Shown: positions 19,285-26,875 of the stretch, piece by piece
Layout of the letters: each line of letters starts with the position of its first letter
Position numbering within the stretch: position 1 is the stretch's first letter
NCBI GenBank assembly: GCA_009885735.1
Contig: VFKD01000043.1
Coordinates: forward strand, 1 to 57,505
Source: a bacterium
GTDB taxonomy: Bacteria > Armatimonadota > Chthonomonadetes > Chthonomonadales > CAJBBX01
Length of the DNA stretch: 57,505 nt
Reading direction: 5' to 3'
The notes under the pieces: model-generated
What the model saw: the letters and a program-made list of their open reading frames with translations, nothing else
What the model was told of the DNA's origin: nothing
Databases searched by the model: none
Made by a program: the position numbers and the translations under genes

Positions 19285-19456
19285 ACTATCACTTCCCTCA
19301 TCAACACGACACATGCATTCCGAAGCCTATCTAGCTTCTGCCATATTCACGAGCGCAAATGAGACCGACAGGTTGGCCCGAACGATGGAGGGTGGGCGGA
19401 TGGTGCTGCGACTTAGCCCCTGATCTCCCTGCGAGAAGTGACGCGAGCACTCATCA

Positions 19457-20431
19457 TTACGCAGAGTCAGCGTCGACTAAGCTGATTGCGGCGAGGTCCT
19501 GCGCCCGTTCTCCTAAGCCGGCCGCCACCACTTTGCAACCTTCAAGCGAACGCGCCCATGCATATTCGGAAAGCGCTTCGCGAACAGGCGAGAGCAGGAG
19601 CTCACCCGCATGGATTGCAAGTGTTCCGAGGATGATTCTCTGTGGATTGAGGATCTGGACGATATTCGCAAGGCCGAGACCAAGGTAGGTCCCGACCTCG
19701 TTAAGTACTCCCATGCTGAGTGCGTCTCCCCGCTTTGCGCACTCGATGACGTGCTTTGCAGTAATGTCCGCCGCACGGCCTCCTGCTGCCGCCAGAAGCG
19801 CCCTTCCGCGGCCGTAATTGAGGCTTTCCCGCGCGAGGCGAGCAACAGCGGGTCCCGATGCCAATGCCTCCAGGCAGCCCCGCTTTCCACAACCACAAAT
19901 AGGCCCGTTCATCAAGATCGTCTGGTGCCCCACCTCTCCCGCAAGGTCACTGTGACCTCGATACAGCTTGCCGTCGAGGATGATCCCGCCTCCTATGCCC
20001 GTGCCCAGGGTCAGGTAGACAATGTTCTGGAAGCCAACTCCCGCGCCCCAACGCCACTCAGCGACGGCCGTTGCGTTCGCGTCGTTCTCCAGTACGACTC
20101 GGACGTCTGGAAATGCCTCCTCAAGGATTGCCCGCACCGGCACGGCCTCCCAACGGGGCAGGTTGGGAGGTCTCAGGATAGTCCCGGTAGAGGTATCTAG
20201 GGGACCTCCGCACGATACACCGACTCCGAGGAGGCTCTCCAGAGTGAGCTTGTGCTTCACGAGAAGAGCGCTTGCAATACGCTGAAGATCGTCGAGGACC
20301 TTTGCGGGCTCCGCAGACTGATCGGTCCCAAGCTCCTCACGGTCGACAAGCTGACCATCCGGCGTTCCAATAGACACGGCGCACTTAGTGCCGCCTATAT
20401 CCACTCCCAGCACTCTCTTATTGGCTGCCAT
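19457..20431 (-). CDS. ROK-family sugar kinase (glucokinase-like)
   Basis: LGVDIGGTKCAV ATP-binding motif and CGCGKRGCLEALASG zinc motif. 324 aa. Confidence 0.9.
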   Translation of the reverse strand: MAANKRVLGVDIGGTKCAVSIGTPDGQLVDREELGTDQSAEPAKVLDDLQRIASALLVKHKLTLESLLGVGVSCGGPLDTSTGTILRPPNLPRWEAVPVRAILEEAFPDVRVVLENDANATAVAEWRWGAGVGFQNIVYLTLGTGIGGGIILDGKLYRGHSDLAGEVGHQTILMNGPICGCGKRGCLEALASGPAVARLARESLNYGRGRALLAAAGGRAADITAKHVIECAKRGDALSMGVLNEVGTYLGLGLANIVQILNPQRIILGTLAIHAGELLLSPVREALSEYAWARSLEGCKVVAAGLGERAQDLAAISLVDADSA

Positions 20432-20492
20432 TAGCGTCTCTCCACCCTCTCAGGGATAAGTCTGCTCCTGCGGGGTTCAGAGTACCTCGTGA

Positions 20493-20843
20493 TTAGCTGG
20501 AGCCGGGGTTTCGAGTGGCGCCAGCATTCGCTGAGGCGCGGTGGTCCATTGCATTGAGAAAGCTCGTCAGGCGTCGCAGAAGGGAGTTGTAGCGTGAATA
20601 CGCGCTTGGCCCGATGGAATCCTCGAGCAGCTCGTAGAGCTGGTGGGAGGCTGGACGAGACGTGTCGAGATTGGCGGGCACATCAAGTCCGAGGCGGCGG
20701 AGGCGACCGCGTGCGATCAGCATAAGCAAGGAGTTCTCGGTCACCCTGCCCGCGTGCAGATCATCTAGCCCGGCGACGACTAGCTCGGCGCCAGGCAAGC
20801 CCTCCAGGTCCTGGGCCAACCGGCTAAACCTCGGATGCGTCAT
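20493..20843 (-). CDS. Hypothetical protein
   Basis: 116-aa ORF that overlaps the upstream minus-strand frame by 20 nt. No family recognised. Confidence 0.4.
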   Translation of the reverse strand: MTHPRFSRLAQDLEGLPGAELVVAGLDDLHAGRVTENSLLMLIARGRLRRLGLDVPANLDTSRPASHQLYELLEDSIGPSAYSRYNSLLRRLTSFLNAMDHRASANAGATRNPGSS

Positions 20844-21158
20844 TTGCTCGGTTCGCGAGGAATTGATTCAGTCGTTCCTCGAATGATTGCGCGTCGATTG
20901 CTGGATATCGATCCAAGCCTGACCGAATCGCCGCTGCAAACCTGTTTCGGTCCACATGTCGCCGCACAACGGTCACCTCTGCTGAATTGTGTACTGCCAC
21001 CGGCTCCGCGACGCACGGCACATGGTCGCATCGTACCCGATTGCAGCCATCGTGAAGTGGTTCGTTCGTGCCAGAAGCTTCGCTGGATGCGCCAAGATCG
21101 TGACTTCTCTTTTGAAGGCACTTCGTATATAATACGGAATGGCGGGTTCCGAGGTCAC
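20824..21158 (-). CDS. Hypothetical protein, reading frame unresolved (possible frameshift)
   Basis: The 3' part reads well in frame 20824..21339 (..VAEPVAVHNSAEVTVVRRHVDRNRFAAAIRSGLDRYP..). The 5' part reads better in frame 20973..21158 (GTG start, MTSEPAIPYYIRSAFKREVTILAHPAKLL). All ATG starts of the long frame overlap nfeD. Confidence 0.2.
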
Positions 21159-21226
21159 AGGCAGAAGAATCGGGCCTAGCCGATGTTTTGAAGACGAGCG
21201 GTTCAGGCCGCTCAGGAGGCGTACGG

Positions 21227-21991
21227 TTGCCGGCGCTCGACATTCTGTTCTGGAGCTGCCTCATGCTCGGCGGAGCATACACGCTTGTTACGCTCTTCAT
21301 GGGCGGGTTCTCGCACGCTATTGACACCGTCGGCCACATTGGTCACGGCATCGGCGGCGGGCACTCGATAGACATCTCGCACGGCGCCGGACACGGCCAT
21401 GACCTGGGAAGCCACGCGGGCGCGGACCATGGCGGGGCGCATCATGGGCATGGCCACGCACATGCGGATGCCCAAGCGCACCATTCGCTCGATTCGGATG
21501 GAAACGGCAAGGTGTCGCTCCTCGAGTACTTCAATCCTATGTCGGTCGCTGGGTTCCTGCTGGGGTTTGGCGGGCTGGGAGTGCTCTCTGGAACGGTGGG
21601 CGCCACCGACACCGCCAGGCTGCTCTATGGGTTCTCCGGTGGATTTGGACTGTGGATGATCGCCTACCTCCTCATCAGCAAGATGTTCGGCAAGGCAGAG
21701 CACACCAGCCACACTCGCGCCGACGAGGGTGTGGGATTGCGAGGGCAGGTTGTAGCGCCCATTGCAGGCGACAAGCCGGGAATGGTGCAGTTTATCGTAG
21801 CCGGAACACGCCAGAGCCTGCGGGCGATTACCGAGGATGACGAGCCGATTCCCATGGGCGCGACAGTTCGCATCAGGCGAATCTCGAACCGAATGGCAAC
21901 CGTTATGAGGCTCGACACGCCGTTCCTTCCGTCTGCTGCCTTGCATGTCGATGAGATCGCGGTGCATCAGGGCTCGGAGCCAGAGCCTTAG
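21227..21991 (+). CDS. NfeD-like membrane protein with a His-rich loop
   Basis: The TTG at 21227 has AGGAGG 7 nt upstream. TM helices flank a His/Gly-rich segment. The C-terminal OB-like NfeD domain reads GLRGQVVAPIAGDKPGMVQFIVAGTRQSLRAI. The gene lies directly upstream of flotillin. Confidence 0.7.
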   Translation: MPALDILFWSCLMLGGAYTLVTLFMGGFSHAIDTVGHIGHGIGGGHSIDISHGAGHGHDLGSHAGADHGGAHHGHGHAHADAQAHHSLDSDGNGKVSLLEYFNPMSVAGFLLGFGGLGVLSGTVGATDTARLLYGFSGGFGLWMIAYLLISKMFGKAEHTSHTRADEGVGLRGQVVAPIAGDKPGMVQFIVAGTRQSLRAITEDDEPIPMGATVRIRRISNRMATVMRLDTPFLPSAALHVDEIAVHQGSEPEP

Positions 21992-22056
21992 GCTGTAAGC
22001 AAACTAGTTTGATGGCAATCTTGCCATATCGTTAATGCCGAGTAGAGGAGAATACA

Positions 22057-23712
22057 GTGGGAGAGCTACCGAAGTATTTGACGATGATAGCGGGCGTCTC
22101 GATCGGAGTAGTCGCCTTCTTTCTAGCCATAGTAACCGTCTACAAGGGTCTCTACAAGCGGGTTGGGCCAAACGAGGTCCTGGTGATCTCTGGTGGCAAA
22201 GGCGAGACCATCACGGACGACATGGGCGAGCGCCGGAGGATTGGCTTCCGCATCGTGAAGGGCGGCGGATCGCTCGTGAATCCGCTCACCGAGCGCGTGG
22301 AGATCATCTCGCTCGAGCTTATCACGCTCGACATTGTGACGCCTGAGATGTATACAAAGATGGGCGTGCCTATCAAGGTGGACGGCGTTGCGCAGATTAA
22401 GGTGCGCGGCGACGATGTGAGCATCCGCACAGCCGCCGAGCAGTTCCTAAACAAGTCGCGCGACGAGATCAAGCAGATCGCCTATCAAACGGTTGCGGGC
22501 CACCTCCGCGCCATCCTCGGGACGCTCACCGTTGAAGAGGTCTATGCCGCGCACGACACCTTTGCACAGAAGGTGGCGGAAGTCTCGGCGGGCGACCTCA
22601 CGAACATGGGCCTCGAAGTCGTGAGCTTCACCATTCGCGAGATTAGCGACAGCCGCGGATACCTCGAGGCCATTGGCAAGACCCGAATAGCGCAGGTCAA
22701 ACGCGACGCTCAGATCGGCGAAGCCGAGGCAAATCGCGACGCCACGATTCGGGCGGCAAACGCAAACCAGGAGGCCTCGACGGCAAAGTTCCTGGCGGAC
22801 ACTCTCATCGCCGAAGCCGACCGCGACTACAACATGAAGGTGCAGGACTACACTGCATCGGTCAACATCCGCAAGGCAGAAGCTGACCTCGCCTACGACC
22901 TGCAGAAGTACAAGTCGGCGCAGGCCGTTAAAGAGCAGGAAGTTCAAGTTCAGATTGTCGAGAAGGAGAAGCAGGCGGAGCTCGAAGAGCGCGAGATCGC
23001 CCGCAAAGAGAAGGAGCTCGTCGCCACCATTCAGCGGCCTGCTGAAGCGGAGCGAAATCGCATTCAGACCATCGCCGAGGCCGAGCAGTATCGGCTAAAG
23101 ACCACTGCGCTAGGACAGGCGGAAGCAGCGAAGATGACAGGATTCGCCCAGGCGGAGGTCGTACAGCGAAGCGGTGAGGCGGAGGCGTCTGCAAACAAGA
23201 CTCGCGGTTTGGCAAATGCCGATATTCTTCGAGCGCAGGCGCTCGCCGAGGCAGCATCCATAGAGGCAAAAGGATTGGCCGAGGCCAAGTCTATCGAGGC
23301 AAAGGGTCTTGCCGGAGCGGAGGCCGTGAAGGCGCAGGGCCTCGCGGAAGCGCTCGCGATGGCAAAGCGAGCCGAGGCGTTCAAGACATATAATGAGGCG
23401 GCCGTCGCACAGATGCTCATCGACAAGCTGCCCGAGATTGCAACGGCCGTGAGCGCGCCACTAAGCCGCATCGACAAGATCGTGATGGTGAACTCGGGTG
23501 GCGAAGGTGGCATCGGCGCCAGCAAGCTCACCCAGGAGGTGACCAATATTATCGCACAGGTGCCACCGGTGCTCGAGGCGATGACCGGCATTCGACTGCA
23601 GGACCTCATCAGCAAGGTGCCGGGGATTGGTTCGCAAACAATTGATGCGCAGCCGCTGAACGGGCCGCCTGTCTCGCCGCCTGCGAGGGATGTAGCTACG
23701 CCGACCAAATAG
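22057..23712 (+). CDS. Flotillin (SPFH/Band 7 family)
   Basis: N-terminal anchor, SPFH domain and a long Ala/Glu-rich flotillin repeat region (EAKGLAEAKSIEAKGLAGAEAVKAQGLAEA). 551 aa. GTG start with GAGGAG upstream. Confidence 0.9.
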   Translation: MGELPKYLTMIAGVSIGVVAFFLAIVTVYKGLYKRVGPNEVLVISGGKGETITDDMGERRRIGFRIVKGGGSLVNPLTERVEIISLELITLDIVTPEMYTKMGVPIKVDGVAQIKVRGDDVSIRTAAEQFLNKSRDEIKQIAYQTVAGHLRAILGTLTVEEVYAAHDTFAQKVAEVSAGDLTNMGLEVVSFTIREISDSRGYLEAIGKTRIAQVKRDAQIGEAEANRDATIRAANANQEASTAKFLADTLIAEADRDYNMKVQDYTASVNIRKAEADLAYDLQKYKSAQAVKEQEVQVQIVEKEKQAELEEREIARKEKELVATIQRPAEAERNRIQTIAEAEQYRLKTTALGQAEAAKMTGFAQAEVVQRSGEAEASANKTRGLANADILRAQALAEAASIEAKGLAEAKSIEAKGLAGAEAVKAQGLAEALAMAKRAEAFKTYNEAAVAQMLIDKLPEIATAVSAPLSRIDKIVMVNSGGEGGIGASKLTQEVTNIIAQVPPVLEAMTGIRLQDLISKVPGIGSQTIDAQPLNGPPVSPPARDVATPTK

Positions 23713-23810
23713 CAATTACAGCCCCTCTTCTTCGCACTGCCGAGGTTAGGGGCTGGTGCGTACGTCCGCCTCCAGTCCGCGCAGGCGCGATACTGGTTAC
23801 TTAGCCGAAT

Positions 23811-24203
23811 CCGTTCGTCCTGAGCGCGCCTCAGCCGTATCGAGGCGCAGTCGAAGGATGCGATCCGAGTCCCGAACAGCATTGCGAGCAGGCGGACTTC
23901 GCAGGCACAGCCGCGTACTTCAGTGCGCGGACACAAAAACGAGGCCATCGTGGTCCTGAAGCGGCACGGGTTGAAACCCGGCCCCGACACTGCAAAACCC
24001 ACCTGCATTGGTTGAGGACCTAGTCCGCGAATGCACATCCGCTCATCCTGAGCGCGGCTCAGCCCTATCGGGCCGCAGTCGAAGGACGCAGACACAGCCG
24101 CGTACTTCAGTGGGCGGACGCAAAAACGAGGCCATCGTGGCCCCGAAGCGGCACGGGTTGAAACCCGGCCCTGACACTGCAAACCCCACCTGCGTGGGTT
24201 AAC
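23811..24203. repeat. Tandem duplication of a 170-200 bp GC-rich intergenic element
   Basis: Unit 1 spans about 23811..24012 and unit 2 about 24036..24203. They share cctgagcgcg..ctcagcc..tcgaagga..cagccgcgtacttcagtg.gcggac.caaaaacgaggccatcgtgg.cc.gaagcggcacgggttgaaacccggccc.gacactgcaaa.cccacctgc. Unit 2 lacks about 35 bp. Confidence 0.8.
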
Positions 24204-24225
24204 AGCGAAGTTCGCGGGAGTTCCA

Positions 24226-26850
24226 ATGCCTAGCCAAAACTGGCTTACCGGACGATCACGATCATTCTCTGGCGAAGCGCTTCGCGAGATATCCTTCCCG
24301 CTTGGTGGGATCGGCACCGGCACCGTCAGCCTCGGTGGCCGTGGCAATCTGCGTGACTTCGAGATCTTTAATCACCCCGGCTACGGGCATGACCTCCCCT
24401 ACACGTTCTTTGCGCTCTGGGCGCAGCCAGAAGGCGGTGCGTCAGTTGCTCGCGTACTGGAGCGGCAACTCCTGCCCCCGTTTGGCGGCTCATCCGGCCC
24501 CTCCACGGCGCGAATGAGCGGCCTGCCTCGATTCGAGAAGGCCGAGTTTCGAGGCGAGTATCCCCTAGCAGAACTGGCTCTCCGAGACGCCTTGGTTCCC
24601 CTCTCGGTGTCACTGCAGGCGTTCAACCCCATGGTCCCGCTCGACTCTCATGCGAGCGGACTGCCGATCGCACTCTTCCGGTGGAAGCTGCACAATACTT
24701 CAGACAGGCCAGTCACCGCGTCGATTGCCTTCAGCGTATTGAACGCATGCGGGCACGACGGGACCACCTGTCTCTCGAACCGACACGCTGCACATCTCGG
24801 AAGAAACCTGAATGTGCTGCGCAGGTCCGACGGACTCACCGGCATCTTCATGCGCACCCAGAAGGTGGACCACACTCATCCTCACTTTGGAACCATGGCG
24901 TTTGGCGCGACGGCTAAGGATGTGAGCCACACGGTCCACTGGAGTCGGGCCGGCTGGTGGGACGATGCTCAGCACTTCTGGGACGACTTCCGAACAGATG
25001 GGAACCTTGAGCCAAGAGGCGATCTCACTCCTAGCCCGGACGGTCAGACAGATGTGGGAAGCCTGTGCGCCAGAGTGACGATTGAGCCAGGTGGCAGTGA
25101 GGAGATTCTGTTCGCTCTCGCATGGCACTTCCCGAACCTCCACAACCGATGGAACAGCGAGGAGGCCGTTAAGGACCAGCGGATTGGCAACTTCTACACC
25201 ACGCAGTTTGCAGACGCATGGGAGGCTCTTTCCTACGGCGTTCAGGAGCTGCCACGCATAGAGAAGTACACCAGAGCCTTCCATCGCGCGCTCTTCATGA
25301 GCACTCTTCCAGAACCAGTGATCGATGCGATCTCTGCGAACTCCTCCATCCTTCGAACCACGACGTGCCTTCGGACCGAGGACGGAAGATTCCATGCGTT
25401 CGAGGGATGCTCGGACAATGTGGGCTGCTGCCCCATGAACTGCACGCACGTCTGGAACTACGCTCAGACCGGCGCCTACCTGTATCCAGAGCTCGAGCGC
25501 AGCGTGCGCGAGACGGATTTCCTGGTAAACACCCGACCGGACGGCCACCAGGCGTTTCGCACCTTGCTGCCAATGGTGGGCGAACTTTGGGCGTTCAAAC
25601 CGGCGGCGGACGGGCAGATGGGCTCGGTCATGCGCGCCTATCGAGAGTGGCTGCAGAGCGGTGACGATGGCTTCCTGCGCCGTCTCTGGCCCGGCATTCG
25701 AGCAGCGATGGCGCATGCCTGGAGGCCGGGTGGATGGGACCCAAACAGAGACGGCGTGATGGAAGGCGAGCAGCACAACACCTACGATATCGAGTTCTAT
25801 GGCGCTAACACCATGATGGGCACGCTCTACTTGGGAGCGCTTCGCGCTGCGGAAGAGATGGCAAACGCGCTGGGCCTAGAGGTGGACGCGCGGGAGTATC
25901 GCGTGGTCTTTGAACGGGGCCGGGAGAGGCTGCATGAGCAACTCTGGAACGGCGACTTCTACAGGCAAATTGTGAGCACTCCTGCACATGGCGCGGCATC
26001 CGACGGTGTTCTGCCCCACCTCCCTGCCTCGATGCAGGAGGGCAATGCTATTCCAAGATATCAGTATGGCGACGGATGCCTCTCGGATCACCTCATCGGC
26101 GAGTGGCTCGCACAGCAGCTGCACTTGGGCGAGATGCTCCCCACAGAGTCGGTTCGCTCCGCGCTGTCGGCCATCTTCCGGCACAACTTTCGCGCGAACC
26201 TGTCCACCCACGAAAGCGTGCAGCGAGTCTATGCGGTGAATGACGAGGCTGGGCTGGTTCTCTGCTCGTGGCCGCGTGGCGGTCGGCCCGAATACCCCTT
26301 CCCCTATGCGGATGAGGTGTGGACCGGCATCGAGTACCAGGTTGCCTCCCACTGCATCTCTGTTGGGCTTATCGACGAAGGGCTGCAGATCGTCGACGCA
26401 GCGCGCAGCCGACACGCAGGCTACAACCGCAATCCTTGGAACGAATTTGAGTGCGGCCACCACTACGCTCGCGCCATGTCCTCGTGGTCGCTGCTCTTGG
26501 CCTTGAGCGGCTTTCGGTACGATGCCGCTCATGGTATCCTTGGGTTCGCACCTGTCTGTTCGGATGATCGATTCCACTGCTATTTCTCCGCAGGCACGGG
26601 CTGGGGAGTGTACAGCCAGAGGGAGGAAGACGGCGTCTTTGAAGCCGGCATCGGGCTGAGCTGGGGCAAGATCACTCTGCGGGCGCTTCAGTTGCCGCTC
26701 CCTGCCGAGGGCGCTATCACTGTCCATAAAAACGACCGGCCGCTGGATGCATCGCGAGATGGGGCGATTGTACATTTCCCTCATCCTGTGGTACTCAGTG
26801 AAGGCGATGTCGTGTCGGTTGCAGTCCAGCGAACAGTTCAGCAGCAATAA
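24226..26850 (+). CDS. GH116-family beta-glucosidase (GBA2-type glucosylceramidase-like)
   Basis: FPLGGIGTGTVSLGGRGNLRDFEIFN N-terminal motif and an (alpha/alpha)6 catalytic C-terminal half. 874 aa. Confidence 0.88.
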   Translation: MPSQNWLTGRSRSFSGEALREISFPLGGIGTGTVSLGGRGNLRDFEIFNHPGYGHDLPYTFFALWAQPEGGASVARVLERQLLPPFGGSSGPSTARMSGLPRFEKAEFRGEYPLAELALRDALVPLSVSLQAFNPMVPLDSHASGLPIALFRWKLHNTSDRPVTASIAFSVLNACGHDGTTCLSNRHAAHLGRNLNVLRRSDGLTGIFMRTQKVDHTHPHFGTMAFGATAKDVSHTVHWSRAGWWDDAQHFWDDFRTDGNLEPRGDLTPSPDGQTDVGSLCARVTIEPGGSEEILFALAWHFPNLHNRWNSEEAVKDQRIGNFYTTQFADAWEALSYGVQELPRIEKYTRAFHRALFMSTLPEPVIDAISANSSILRTTTCLRTEDGRFHAFEGCSDNVGCCPMNCTHVWNYAQTGAYLYPELERSVRETDFLVNTRPDGHQAFRTLLPMVGELWAFKPAADGQMGSVMRAYREWLQSGDDGFLRRLWPGIRAAMAHAWRPGGWDPNRDGVMEGEQHNTYDIEFYGANTMMGTLYLGALRAAEEMANALGLEVDAREYRVVFERGRERLHEQLWNGDFYRQIVSTPAHGAASDGVLPHLPASMQEGNAIPRYQYGDGCLSDHLIGEWLAQQLHLGEMLPTESVRSALSAIFRHNFRANLSTHESVQRVYAVNDEAGLVLCSWPRGGRPEYPFPYADEVWTGIEYQVASHCISVGLIDEGLQIVDAARSRHAGYNRNPWNEFECGHHYARAMSSWSLLLALSGFRYDAAHGILGFAPVCSDDRFHCYFSAGTGWGVYSQREEDGVFEAGIGLSWGKITLRALQLPLPAEGAITVHKNDRPLDASRDGAIVHFPHPVVLSEGDVVSVAVQRTVQQQ

Positions 26851-26875
26851 TCTTGCCCAATGGAGCGCCTTAGCT

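Noticed and set aside
21139-21324. Leaderless 61-aa ORF directly after TATAAT (21128..21133).
   Set aside because: The translation is Arg-rich and overlaps the nfeD start in another frame. The -10 box more plausibly marks the transcription start of the nfeD-flotillin operon, with an ~85-nt leader ending at the AGGAGG-TTG start (21227).
23811-24203. CRISPR array as an explanation for the repeated intergenic sequences (also 43700..43952 and 45192..45545).
   Set aside because: The repeat units are 100-200 bp, imperfect and directly abutting or irregularly spaced. There are no short unique spacers of uniform length and no cas genes nearby.
23064-24347. Long ORFs antisense to or overlapping well-supported genes: 23064..24347(-), 36996..38471(-), 24700..25776(-), 25876..27006(-), 30837..32081(-), 47370..48551(+), 49016..49975(+), 3686..4498(-).
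   Set aside because: Each lies opposite a gene with clear family motifs (flotillin, MoeZ fusion, GH116, ComEA, M23 peptidase, FtsX/FtsE, RND pump). Their translations are Arg/Ala/Gly/Pro-rich low complexity, typical of shadow frames in high-GC DNA.
26747-26875. Upstream start of the oligopeptidase B ORF, overlapping the GH116 gene by about 100 nt.
   Set aside because: The extension (MHREMGRLYISLILWYSV..) has no signal or peptidase features. The ATG at 26876 begins a signal-like segment after the GH116 stop.
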